Shown in pieces: positions 17,843 through 26,458 of a stretch of 27,407 nt of DNA. The DNA lies in IMG/VR virus record IMGVR_UViG_3300034072_001378, positions 99,659 through 127,065 of that record; one strand, written 5' to 3'. A program made the translations under genes and the position numbers. Below the pieces are notes generated by a model that was not told the origin of the DNA, did no database searches, and saw only the letters and a list, made by a program, of their open reading frames with translations. Position 1 is the stretch's first letter. Each line of letters begins with the position of its first letter. The stretch comes from a virus.

Positions 17843-18235
17843 ATGAATTTTGAAAAAGCCGAGATTCAAATAATAAAAGCAAATGTATTAATAGAAGTAA
17901 AAAAATTAATAAAAGAAATTGAATTAGAATATAATTCTTTAGATAAAATTGCACAAAATATTTTAAATTTTAATTATATGGGAAGAGAAATACTTGAATA
18001 TACCGATGGAAATAAAAATGGCAATTTTTGGTATAATGATGCTATGATTTTTAAAAGAAAATATTTTTTATTTGGTGCTTATATTACAACATTTAAATGG
18101 GCTTGTTCTTTTTATTGCGATATATATAATAGAAAAACAGATATTGAAAAATTAAACTTAAAATCAATTTATAATCTTAAAAGATATTTAATTGATTATA
18201 AAAGAGATTTACAAAAATTAAAGGATAATAAATGA
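17843..18235 (+). CDS. Hypothetical protein
   Basis: AAGGA RBS; 130 aa. Confidence 0.7.
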   Translation: MNFEKAEIQIIKANVLIEVKKLIKEIELEYNSLDKIAQNILNFNYMGREILEYTDGNKNGNFWYNDAMIFKRKYFLFGAYITTFKWACSFYCDIYNRKTDIEKLNLKSIYNLKRYLIDYKRDLQKLKDNK

Positions 18236-18510
18236 CAACTACAGATTTTATAACAATTTATGCACTAACTTGCTTTTTAAATTTATTTTTAATTATAGTA
18301 CTCAATAGATACATATACAATAATTCAAACACTAAATTAGAAATTGGAATGAGCTTATTTACCGTATTAACATCTCTACCAGGAACAATAACAATTATAT
18401 TCATAATTTGTGAAGCTTTAATGAGAAAAATATCTAAAAATATTAATTTTAATAACTTTAAAAATTATTTTGTTAAAAAATGGAATAAAATAAATAGGAT
18501 TGAAGAATGA
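18232..18510 (+). CDS. Small membrane protein (2 TM)
   Basis: Two hydrophobic stretches; AAGGA RBS. Confidence 0.65.
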   Translation: MTTTDFITIYALTCFLNLFLIIVLNRYIYNNSNTKLEIGMSLFTVLTSLPGTITIIFIICEALMRKISKNINFNNFKNYFVKKWNKINRIEE

Positions 18511-19097
18511 ATTTGTTACAATTACACAATTTAATTAAAAAGCACGGGTTTATTGCTGGAGGGGCTTGTAGAAGTACAATTCAGAATGAAGAAATTAAAG
18601 ATTTTGATATATTTTGTTTTTCTAAAGAAGACTATGAACCTTTAAAGCAAATTATTTCAAATATGTACGGAATAAAAAGAGAAAATGAACTTGTTTATCA
18701 ATGTAATAATATTCAATTAATAAAACCACGAGAAAATAAGTACTTAAAGACTTATGGTTCGCCATTTGAAGTTGTGAGTAGATTTGATTTTTCTGTATGT
18801 AGAGTATATACACTAGACGGAATTAATTTTATTGAAATAGATGAACAATTTAAAGAAGATTGCGAAAAGAAAATTTTAAGAATCGAAAATATTGTATGTC
18901 CAATTAGCACATTAAAAAGAAGTATTAAGTACAGTAAAAAAGGGTATTTCTTACCTCTTAGAGAAATTCTTAAATTATTTAATGAATATGCAGAAAGGGT
19001 TCGAAGCGGTGATATAGACATTGATTCATTTGGAAATTTAGATGAAATTCAGAATGAAGAACTATATGAATTAATGCTAAAATATAATATAGATTAA
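18507..19097 (+). CDS. Pol-beta superfamily nucleotidyltransferase (CCA-adding/poly(A) polymerase head-like)
   Basis: IAGGACRS...IKDFDIF (GG plus DxD), IQLI, RFDFSVC, R..KY..KGY. Confidence 0.78.
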   Translation: MNLLQLHNLIKKHGFIAGGACRSTIQNEEIKDFDIFCFSKEDYEPLKQIISNMYGIKRENELVYQCNNIQLIKPRENKYLKTYGSPFEVVSRFDFSVCRVYTLDGINFIEIDEQFKEDCEKKILRIENIVCPISTLKRSIKYSKKGYFLPLREILKLFNEYAERVRSGDIDIDSFGNLDEIQNEELYELMLKYNID

Positions 19098-19104
19098 TTA
19101 AACT

Positions 19105-19126
19105 TTAATATTAGTTTGTATATAAT
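19105..19126 (+). promoter_or_regulatory. sigma70-type promoter motif
   Basis: TTAAT-attagtttgta-TATAAT; GATTAATTAAACTTTAA (19092..19108) is repeated at 22376..22392. Confidence 0.7.
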
Positions 19127-19152
19127 AAATTATATAAATTAAAAGGTACTAT

Positions 19153-19389
19153 ATGAAAGATATAACATTAAATAACATATCAATTGAAAATTTTATTGAG
19201 TTGTGTACTTTTTTAAACTGCAAAACATTATTAGATGATATTGAGATGTATTATAATAAATATTTATTGTGTGATTCTTCTAAATATTATTTAGGATTTT
19301 ATTTACCAACTAAAGAATATTTATTAAAAGATATAGGAACTATCAATATGTGTAATTCACTGAATTACAAGAATATAATAAAGGAATAA
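19153..19389 (+). CDS. Hypothetical protein
   Basis: AAGG RBS after promoter; 78 aa. Confidence 0.6.
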   Translation: MKDITLNNISIENFIELCTFLNCKTLLDDIEMYYNKYLLCDSSKYYLGFYLPTKEYLLKDIGTINMCNSLNYKNIIKE

Positions 19390-19390
19390 A

Positions 19391-19648
19391 ATGAACATAC
19401 AAGATGAAATTAACAACTTAAAAGAAAATATAAATGAAATAGAAAAACAAAAAGCAAAATTAGATTTTTATAATTCATTAATCCAAGCAGTTAAATGTGC
19501 TGGAGGAACTGGAGAAAATATCACTGAAGATATGACGGTGAAGGAATTAGCTGATATTTTTGCAATCAATAAAGTTAGATTTACTTATATTGGTGAATTA
19601 AAAAGAACTGTAAATGATCAATTTGCATTTAAAAAATCTATATTTTAG
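19391..19648 (+). CDS. Hypothetical protein (N-terminal coiled coil)
   Basis: AAGGA RBS; 85 aa. Confidence 0.7.
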   Translation: MNIQDEINNLKENINEIEKQKAKLDFYNSLIQAVKCAGGTGENITEDMTVKELADIFAINKVRFTYIGELKRTVNDQFAFKKSIF

Positions 19649-19665
19649 TAAAATAAAGGATAAAA

Positions 19666-20607
19666 ATGAAAAGTACAGAATTAATAGAAATTGAAGCATT
19701 TGAACAAGATACTGGGTTATATTATGTTGAATTACCAAATGGAATTTATGAAGTAAATAGTGAGAGAATTGAAATTTCATATTCAAATAATAAAGTTATT
19801 GTTGAATTAGGAAAAGACTTAAATATTTTTAAGATTAACAAATACACAATTGTTAATAATTATATTTATGAAAATGAATCTATCACAAAAAAAGCGTATG
19901 ATGCAAAAGTAACAGATTTAAGAATTAAAGGTTATGATGATGATTTAGAATCTTGGTATGATATTGATTCAGAATATGAGTACAAAAAATTTACACAAAA
20001 ATGGAGACCCGAATATATTTCAACTGAAGTAAAACAACCAGTTAATTTTAATATTAAACATAGTATTGCAAGTCTTCCAAAATATATTGAACCAATGAGA
20101 AAATTAAATGGTGATTTAAAAAGCACAATTTATGTATATAATCAAAATAATCACATAGCAGATATTGTTAGGGAATTTCTTTTGAGTATTGGTTATAAAG
20201 AAGCAAAAAGTGAATATACATCAGAAAATGAATTTTATATTGGCCCAAACGGAATTAGATTTGCAAAATTTGGAAAAAGCAGAGATTTTATAACAATTAG
20301 AATGGGTCTTCAAAAATATGAAGACAAGGGTATTTATAAAGATACTTATGAAAAAGTTTTTGAATTGTATAATAAAAATATTAAAGAAATTATGGAAATT
20401 TTAACTGTTTGGCATTTAAAAGATAAAAAAATTGAAGTTTCTACATATTTGGAATTAATCACTAAATTAGAACATTTTAAAAATGAAGTGAATTCATTAG
20501 GTGTTTTATCAAGATTTAGTTCAAATAAACATCAATTATATAATAATATTGATAAATATATTAAAAAATTAAAATCTGAATTACTACAAAATGAAAAATA
20601 TATCTAA
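19666..20607 (+). CDS. Hypothetical protein
   Basis: AAGGA RBS; 313 aa; no recognised motif. Confidence 0.8.
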   Translation: MKSTELIEIEAFEQDTGLYYVELPNGIYEVNSERIEISYSNNKVIVELGKDLNIFKINKYTIVNNYIYENESITKKAYDAKVTDLRIKGYDDDLESWYDIDSEYEYKKFTQKWRPEYISTEVKQPVNFNIKHSIASLPKYIEPMRKLNGDLKSTIYVYNQNNHIADIVREFLLSIGYKEAKSEYTSENEFYIGPNGIRFAKFGKSRDFITIRMGLQKYEDKGIYKDTYEKVFELYNKNIKEIMEILTVWHLKDKKIEVSTYLELITKLEHFKNEVNSLGVLSRFSSNKHQLYNNIDKYIKKLKSELLQNEKYI

Positions 20608-21043
20608 AATAGCATTATTTCTAGATATTGATGGTGTTCTAAATCAATATAATATAGATTCAAGAAAGTACAGATATAAAAAGAGTTATAATCACACGTT
20701 TGAGCCTTTCAAAAAGAAAATTTTAAAATTAGCAAAATTGGTTAAAAAATATAATATTCATGTTTATATATTTTCTGCTTGGACCCAAAAAGAACTAGAA
20801 GAATATTTGCCTTTTAAAATTTACGGCGACACTAGAAAATGGGCAGAAAATGTTATTGAAATCTCAAAAGAATATAAACACAATTTAATTATTGATGATG
20901 AAATTCAATATCAAAAAAGAATTTTTGGGCATGAAAGAATTTCTTTACCTGAAAATATTATTCTTCACAAACCATACTATGACCTTGGGCTAATAAATAA
21001 AGATTTTAGAAAATTAGAACATATTCTAGAGAATTTTATTTAG
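20591..21043 (+). CDS. HAD-superfamily phosphatase-like protein
   Basis: LFLDIDGVLN (DxD), FSAW, IIDDE, late GL; resembles the HAD domain of RNA-repair (Swiss-army-knife) proteins. Confidence 0.72.
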   Translation: MKNISKIALFLDIDGVLNQYNIDSRKYRYKKSYNHTFEPFKKKILKLAKLVKKYNIHVYIFSAWTQKELEEYLPFKIYGDTRKWAENVIEISKEYKHNLIIDDEIQYQKRIFGHERISLPENIILHKPYYDLGLINKDFRKLEHILENFI

Positions 21044-21045
21044 CT

Positions 21046-21067
21046 TTTATATTCATTTGTATATAAT
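21046..21067 (+). promoter_or_regulatory. sigma70-type promoter motif
   Basis: TTTAT-attcatttgta-TATAAT. Confidence 0.65.
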
Positions 21068-21089
21068 AAATTAAAATTAAAGGGTATAA

Positions 21090-21290
21090 ATGCTATTACA
21101 TAAAAATGATTTTAAAGAACTTACTGGCTATTCTTATGAGGAATTAGGTATTAAATTTCAAAAACTTTATAGTAAAAAAGAGTTTTTTATAGTACTAGAT
21201 GAGGATTTAAAAAATTTATTCTCAAGGGTTAGTGAACTGTCTTTTGAAGAAGGTCAAAATAATTTATTAGATTGTGGGTATAGTTTATGA
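21090..21290 (+). CDS. Hypothetical protein
   Basis: AAGGG RBS after promoter; 66 aa. Confidence 0.6.
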   Translation: MLLHKNDFKELTGYSYEELGIKFQKLYSKKEFFIVLDEDLKNLFSRVSELSFEEGQNNLLDCGYSL

Positions 21291-21577
21291 AAAAGAAAAC
21301 TTTATTAAGAATAATATCGGATATGTCGGACTTTCTTGAAAAAGATGGTAATATTACTGTTGAATTTTCAATTCACAAAGATAAATTAGATGAATATTTT
21401 CAAGTACTAAATAAATTGTATTCGCCTATTGGTAATTGGTTTGCTTGTACTTGCGAAGCTTGTGAGGAACATCACGGTGAAGGATATGTTCACATAGAGT
21501 TAAAAACTGATAAATGGAGTGAACATATTTCAAAAGCTTCAAACTTATTAGCTAGAACAAATTATAAAAGGAGGTGA
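21287..21577 (+). CDS. Hypothetical protein with a Cys/His cluster
   Basis: ATGA overlap; CTCEACEEHH. Confidence 0.65.
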   Translation: MKKKTLLRIISDMSDFLEKDGNITVEFSIHKDKLDEYFQVLNKLYSPIGNWFACTCEACEEHHGEGYVHIELKTDKWSEHISKASNLLARTNYKRR

Positions 21578-21578
21578 A

Positions 21579-22016
21579 ATGCTAGAATTACAATATAATA
21601 ATTTTTTAGGTTCAAATTGGATAAATTGGGAAGAATATAAATCACAATATGCTAAAAGATGGATTAGTTCAGAATTTATTAAAAATTACCCCACTGAAAG
21701 AAGTCACATGTTTCGATATATTGATAAGAAAACGAATAAAATTTATACAAACATAAATGACATTGCAGTCATAAACGGTAAAATTGTTGAAAAATCTAAA
21801 TATAATTTGGAAATAAAATTATTAAATAATTTAATTATAGAAAAGAGAATGATAACCGTTGATAAAGATTTAAATGATGTCTATGACCAAGAAACCAATT
21901 TAAAATTATTATTAAATGCTAAAGATATTTTAAAAATTAAACAATTTGAAACAAAGTATGACACAAATACAAAAATTTATACATATCAAATAAAATACAC
22001 AAAGGAAATGAAGTGA
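21579..22016 (+). CDS. Hypothetical protein
   Basis: AGGAGG RBS; 145 aa. Confidence 0.7.
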   Translation: MLELQYNNFLGSNWINWEEYKSQYAKRWISSEFIKNYPTERSHMFRYIDKKTNKIYTNINDIAVINGKIVEKSKYNLEIKLLNNLIIEKRMITVDKDLNDVYDQETNLKLLLNAKDILKIKQFETKYDTNTKIYTYQIKYTKEMK

Positions 22017-22381
22017 AAATAATTATTTCTATTATTACAATAATTTATTTGTATTTAACAAAATCATTTGTGCATTTAGATCTAAATTACTTAAACCCGG
22101 CGTTATGGGATACTGCTGAGAGAATTATATTTATAGTTACGTCAATATTTTTTATAATACTCATTGCAACAAATAAATTAAATAAATATTCATATTTAGA
22201 CATTTTGTCCTTTATAATGATAATAATAATCGGTTATTTTTTAGTGGTGTTTATTTATTCATTTGTATTATGGGATATTAGTATGATGAATTTTTTTAAT
22301 TGGTCTGTAATAATTAGATTAATTACATATATATGTTTTTTCGTATTTATTATTGCTTCAATTATAGATATTAATGATTAA
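22013..22381 (+). CDS. Membrane protein (about 4 TM)
   Basis: GTGA overlap; four hydrophobic segments arranged as two similar TM-W...R-TM halves. Confidence 0.65.
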   Translation: MKIIISIITIIYLYLTKSFVHLDLNYLNPALWDTAERIIFIVTSIFFIILIATNKLNKYSYLDILSFIMIIIIGYFLVVFIYSFVLWDISMMNFFNWSVIIRLITYICFFVFIIASIIDIND

Positions 22382-22388
22382 TTAAACT

Positions 22389-22410
22389 TTAAACAAAAAT
22401 TGTATATAAT
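22389..22410 (+). promoter_or_regulatory. sigma70-type promoter motif
   Basis: TTAAA-caaaaattgta-TATAAT. Confidence 0.65.
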
Positions 22411-22441
22411 TATTTAATTTAAAAATACAAAAGGATTAAAA

Positions 22442-22897
22442 ATGAAATTAGCTTGTCAAATAAATTCGTATAAAGGTGATGGCTCAAAATTAGAAACAGA
22501 ATATAAATTTTGTTACTTAGAATTAAATTTTACTGATAAAACTAGAAATTCTATCACTTTTATTAATTATGACGGAAGTTACCAACCATCAATTAATTTT
22601 ACTTTAAATGAATTCACTATCCAAGACGTTTGTATGACATTAAAAGGAACTAATAATGAAGGTTATGGTAGATTGGATTTATGTTTAGGTGATTATGCTT
22701 CGGCAATTTATGATTTAGCTTGTATTGAACAAGAAAATAAAAGATTAAATAAAATTTTTACTGAAACTAGAGGTTATTTTATGAAAGAATATGCACCAGA
22801 TTTGCAACCAGAAGATATTACCAAAACATTAATTAAAAATCTTGCAAGGGATAGATTTGATACTGATAGAGATACGTATAGAAAGGATAATAAATGA
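22442..22897 (+). CDS. Hypothetical protein
   Basis: AAGGA RBS; 151 aa. Confidence 0.75.
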   Translation: MKLACQINSYKGDGSKLETEYKFCYLELNFTDKTRNSITFINYDGSYQPSINFTLNEFTIQDVCMTLKGTNNEGYGRLDLCLGDYASAIYDLACIEQENKRLNKIFTETRGYFMKEYAPDLQPEDITKTLIKNLARDRFDTDRDTYRKDNK

Positions 22898-23286
22898 ACG
22901 AGATAGATTTTTTAAACAAATTAAATTCTGATTATATTGAGAGAAGAATACAAGAAGAAACAGTAAAATATAATGAATTAATAGATTATATTAAAAGCAG
23001 ACACAATTACTACAAATCTATTGAAGAATATTTTTCATTGAATTTAGGCGAATTAAATAATTTTAAAAATTATTCTTATCGTGTTATTTTATATTTAATT
23101 GATAAAAACTATGATGATGTAAGATTTTTTGACAATATAAAAAATAAATCTATACCGAAAGAAGACTTTTTAAATATGGTAAAAGATAAAGATTTCACAT
23201 TAGAATTGATAGAAGATTCATCTCATTATTATGAATTGTTTATTCCTGAATATAATTTAACAGTTTTATGGCTTTGCGATGATTAA
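22894..23286 (+). CDS. Hypothetical protein
   Basis: AAGGA RBS; 130 aa. Confidence 0.7.
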   Translation: MNEIDFLNKLNSDYIERRIQEETVKYNELIDYIKSRHNYYKSIEEYFSLNLGELNNFKNYSYRVILYLIDKNYDDVRFFDNIKNKSIPKEDFLNMVKDKDFTLELIEDSSHYYELFIPEYNLTVLWLCDD

Positions 23287-23314
23287 AATAAATATAAGTT
23301 ATTAGGAGTTAATT

Positions 23315-23788
23315 TTGAACAGATGTAATTGTAGATTTCAAATAGGTGATATGGGATATTATGAATGTGATTTAGAAGTAGGGCACATTGGCAATCATTC
23401 ATACACACATAATGGTGATAGTTGGCCAAGAAGAAAATATATCCTAACTTGGGAAAGAAATGAAGAAAAAGATTATATTTTCAAAGAATGTGATTTAGTG
23501 CAAACAAATCTAAAAGAATTAATTGAATATATTAAGAAAAATTTTAATATTATTGATGTACAGTATAATTTTACTGATGACTCTATACACGGTTCAACAC
23601 CAATTTTATGGATTTCGTTTATCTCAGATATAAAATTTGAAGACACAAATGAATTTTATGAAGAACTTGATGTGCAAGAAACTAAAATTAAAAAATATTT
23701 TTATGATAATTTTAAATTTAATAATAAGATTCTATATGATTCTGATATATTAGATTTTCACATTTCTCTATATATAAATGAAATTTAA
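23315..23788 (+). CDS. Hypothetical protein with possible N-terminal Zn site
   Basis: AGGAG RBS, TTG start; C.C...C...GH.G.H. Confidence 0.65.
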   Translation: MNRCNCRFQIGDMGYYECDLEVGHIGNHSYTHNGDSWPRRKYILTWERNEEKDYIFKECDLVQTNLKELIEYIKKNFNIIDVQYNFTDDSIHGSTPILWISFISDIKFEDTNEFYEELDVQETKIKKYFYDNFKFNNKILYDSDILDFHISLYINEI

Positions 23789-23801
23789 AGGAGAAACATT
23801 T

Positions 23802-24041
23802 ATGAATCACTTTCATATAAAAAACATTATTTTGCATATAAATAAAGATGATCTTATTGAACTTAACAAAATTGAAGATAGTTTAGCATTAGTTAGATTA
23901 AATTTTAATGATTTGAAATTAGTACTATCTAAAATATTTCCAAATGATTGTATTAAAATTATTGATTATTTTTATTATGGTGTTAATAATAATGAAATTG
24001 TTTACGAGGTTAAGTTTTATCTGGAGTATAATAATGATTAA
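23802..24041 (+). CDS. Hypothetical protein
   Basis: AAGGAG near 23788 favours ATG 23802 over 23778 (same frame). Confidence 0.55.
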   Translation: MNHFHIKNIILHINKDDLIELNKIEDSLALVRLNFNDLKLVLSKIFPNDCIKIIDYFYYGVNNNEIVYEVKFYLEYNND

Positions 24042-24147
24042 AAAATTAAAAAGAAATACAATTAAAATTGAAAATTATTGGATAACAAAAGGAAGTTATT
24101 ATAAATGGCTTAAAAATAATAGTATATTGGAAGTGAATTTTGTATAA
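24034..24147 (+). CDS. Small hypothetical protein, 37 aa
   Basis: GGAG RBS at 24023; MIKKLKRNTIKIENYWITKG...; 3' part of track ORF 23944..24147. Confidence 0.45.
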   Translation: MIKKLKRNTIKIENYWITKGSYYKWLKNNSILEVNFV

Positions 24148-24370
24148 CTTAAGTAAATTTAAAAAAATCCAAGAATTGCATAAAATCATTCTTTTCTATA
24201 ATAAAGAAAGAAAGAAAAATAAACTATTTTATGTTATAGGTGAAGATAGAAAAATACACAAAGCAGATTTATGTTCGCATTTAGCATTATGTGGGACAAA
24301 AATAATTAAAAATTTTGTTTCTGAAAAAGATTATAAAATTTATTTCTCTTGTTATGAATGTACATTTTAA
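24140..24370 (+). CDS. Hypothetical protein with Cys/His motifs
   Basis: TTG start; H....C.H..LCG and C-terminal CYEC. Confidence 0.55.
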   Translation: MYNLSKFKKIQELHKIILFYNKERKKNKLFYVIGEDRKIHKADLCSHLALCGTKIIKNFVSEKDYKIYFSCYECTF

Positions 24371-24388
24371 CTAAACTTTAATAATACC

Positions 24389-24410
24389 TTTATATACTTT
24401 AGTATATAAT
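24389..24410 (+). promoter_or_regulatory. sigma70-type promoter motif
   Basis: TTTAT-atactttagta-TATAAT. Confidence 0.65.
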
Positions 24411-24437
24411 TATAATATAAAAATAAAAGGATATAAA

Positions 24438-24950
24438 ATGAATAAATCATTAAAAACAGTAAAGGTACAAATTCCTTCTTATGAAGATTCATATAAATCA
24501 GATTATCTTGATTTTGGTACTATTTTTAGTACAAATAATATAATAAAAAATTATTTTTTAGATTTAAACTCAAAAAAACAAGAGTTATTTAATGATTATA
24601 AAGAATATAAAGAATTTTTGAATGCAAATAAACTAAAATTAACAGTAAATGAAATTTCAGTTGAAAATTATGTTGAAGAAGAATTTAAAATTGTTAAAAA
24701 AATAAAAGATAAATATAAATTAGATATCGAAAAATTAATAAAAATTTATTTTAATGAACCTTTAAAAAATTCATATGAGTACAATTTATCAAGAGGTATT
24801 GAGCAAAACTTTGTTAAATTATCAACACTATTACATTCTTCAAATGGTGAATCAAGAATTGAAACTAATTATTTGGTATATGAAGAAAATAAATTTGAAT
24901 TAACTATTGGTGATATTTATATAAATGAAATATCTTATGTAGAATTATAA
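24438..24950 (+). CDS. Hypothetical protein
   Basis: AAGGA RBS; 170 aa. Confidence 0.75.
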   Translation: MNKSLKTVKVQIPSYEDSYKSDYLDFGTIFSTNNIIKNYFLDLNSKKQELFNDYKEYKEFLNANKLKLTVNEISVENYVEEEFKIVKKIKDKYKLDIEKLIKIYFNEPLKNSYEYNLSRGIEQNFVKLSTLLHSSNGESRIETNYLVYEENKFELTIGDIYINEISYVEL

Positions 24951-24959
24951 AGAGGTAAA

Positions 24960-25379
24960 ATGAAAAATAAAACTACGCTAATATTTAAAACGAAAGAGGG
25001 ATTTAAAGCTAATGTGAAGTTATTATATACTGATTATAAATCGGAAATTATGTTTGATAACTGGACATGTGGGTATATTTATATACCTATTAGCAAATAT
25101 AGATATATTAATTCTGACAGATTAAGTGTCCACGGAGGAATAACATTTGAAAGTTATTCTAAATGCAAAAAGTACATTATATTTGGGTTTGATTGTGCAC
25201 ACTACAGTGATTCACCAAGATATATCCCTAGACCAAGAAGTACAGGGTATTGTAAAAATGAATTAATTCAATTATCAAAGCAAATTAATAAAATGATTTT
25301 ATCTGGAAGAAAAAGAATGATTAAAAATAAGATTAAAGAAATTAAAAAATTTAGAGAACATAAAAATGAAATATATTAA
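24960..25379 (+). CDS. Conserved phage hypothetical protein (CGY / HGGxTF / GFDCAH type)
   Basis: WTCGYIYIP, VHGGITF, FGFDCAHYSD motifs; GAGG RBS. Confidence 0.75.
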   Translation: MKNKTTLIFKTKEGFKANVKLLYTDYKSEIMFDNWTCGYIYIPISKYRYINSDRLSVHGGITFESYSKCKKYIIFGFDCAHYSDSPRYIPRPRSTGYCKNELIQLSKQINKMILSGRKRMIKNKIKEIKKFREHKNEIY

Positions 25380-25560
25380 TACACACATAAGAATAGATAA
25401 TATAGCTACAAAATATTTGTTCAGAGGAAAATTTAAAAAATTTTTTAAACTTAAAATGTATCTATTTTTCTATCCAATGAAATTTAAAGCATTTTGGATT
25501 TTTATTTTAATAGGTGCATCAATTTTAACATATCTTGATGTAAATGGTGTATTAAAATGA
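25366..25560 (+). CDS. Small protein with C-terminal TM helix
   Basis: 64 aa; AFWIFILIGASILTYL. Confidence 0.5.
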   Translation: MKYINTHIRIDNIATKYLFRGKFKKFFKLKMYLFFYPMKFKAFWIFILIGASILTYLDVNGVLK

Positions 25561-26165
25561 ATTATAAAATATGTTTAAGACATTCTGGGGTGAATGATAA
25601 TTGCTTTTTATTTTGGGGTCCAAATAATTCAGGATATACAAGAAGCATAGAAGATGCCGGTTTATATGAAGATTCAGATGTTATTTATGAAACTCAAATT
25701 AAAAGAGGTGATTTTTTAGTTTCTGAAGAATTTGTAAAAGAACATATGAAAGAAGTTAGATTACCTAAGTACGGTGATGCCGAAGAAACATATTCAGGTA
25801 GAAATGTATTTAATGTTCTTCCAAATACAGGCGATATTAGAAAATTACTCAATATAACAACAATGGATTTTAAATTAGATGGTAATAGAAATAGCTTTAA
25901 TGCGTATTTTAAAAGTACAATTAAAGAAGTACTTAAAACAAAATTCAGTAAAAATACATATCATATTCAAGGTAAAGAAAAATATTTCAATGAATGGTAC
26001 TATGTTGAATGTACAATAGAAGCAGAAAATAGAAATAAAGCAATTGAAAAAGCAAGACATGAACTATATTTAGATGAATATTCATATATTGAATTTAAGA
26101 AAATGGTTTCTTGTAAAAAACTAAAAGAAACATATTTTCATAAATGGGAAAAAATTAAAGATTAA
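25557..26165 (+). CDS. Phage hypothetical protein (FWxPxxxGYT...AGxY motif)
   Basis: ATGA overlap; FWGPNNSGYTRSIEDAGLY; 202 aa. Confidence 0.75.
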   Translation: MNYKICLRHSGVNDNCFLFWGPNNSGYTRSIEDAGLYEDSDVIYETQIKRGDFLVSEEFVKEHMKEVRLPKYGDAEETYSGRNVFNVLPNTGDIRKLLNITTMDFKLDGNRNSFNAYFKSTIKEVLKTKFSKNTYHIQGKEKYFNEWYYVECTIEAENRNKAIEKARHELYLDEYSYIEFKKMVSCKKLKETYFHKWEKIKD

Positions 26166-26183
26166 TACTCTTTAGTATATAAT
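26162..26183 (+). promoter_or_regulatory. sigma70-type promoter motif reading into the IS element
   Basis: TTAAT-actctttagta-TATAAT. Confidence 0.65.
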
Positions 26184-26250
26184 AATTTTCTATTTCACCA
26201 ATTGAATATAATCATATATAAAAATGAATAAATAAATATAAAGGTGCAAT

Positions 26251-26416
26251 ATGTTTATAAGTGCAAAAGAAGTTAAAAATAACAAATCAAACACTATACA
26301 ATTGAAGGACATCAAATAAGATTAAATATAAAATGATTAGCTCAATGAAAATGTATTCAAATAGAAGAAAAATACTCAAAATAACAGAAGAGAAATTAAA
26401 ATCTAGTGAAAATTAA
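26251..26416 (+). pseudogene. tnpA: IS607 serine-recombinase tnpA remnant
   Basis: AAGGTG RBS; MFISAKEVK / frameshift / ITNQTLYN*RTSNKIKYK (MerR-type HTH, TGA at the usual Trp) joined to SMKMYSNRRKILK (IS607 C-terminal motif); catalytic domain absent. Confidence 0.7.
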
Positions 26417-26434
26417 TATCTTATATTATATAAT
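26413..26434 (+). promoter_or_regulatory. sigma70-type promoter motif upstream of tnpB
   Basis: TTAAT-atcttatatta-TATAAT followed by AAGGAG RBS. Confidence 0.55.
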
Positions 26435-26458
26435 AATACAAATTTAAAAGGAGTAAAG

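Noticed and set aside
23944-24033. 5' extension of ORF 23944..24147
   Set aside because: Overlaps the previous gene; the RBS supports a start at 24034.
11628-26060. Minus-strand track ORFs (11628, 13494, 14211, 15573, 17748, 18752, 19598, 19932, 25875)
   Set aside because: Antisense shadows of well-supported plus-strand genes, with composition typical of reverse frames.
26303-26305. TGA-to-Trp recoding suggested by the in-frame TGA in tnpA
   Set aside because: TGA works as a normal stop elsewhere (1070, 2968, 18510, 21290, 25560) and long genes are intact in code 11; it is pseudogene decay.
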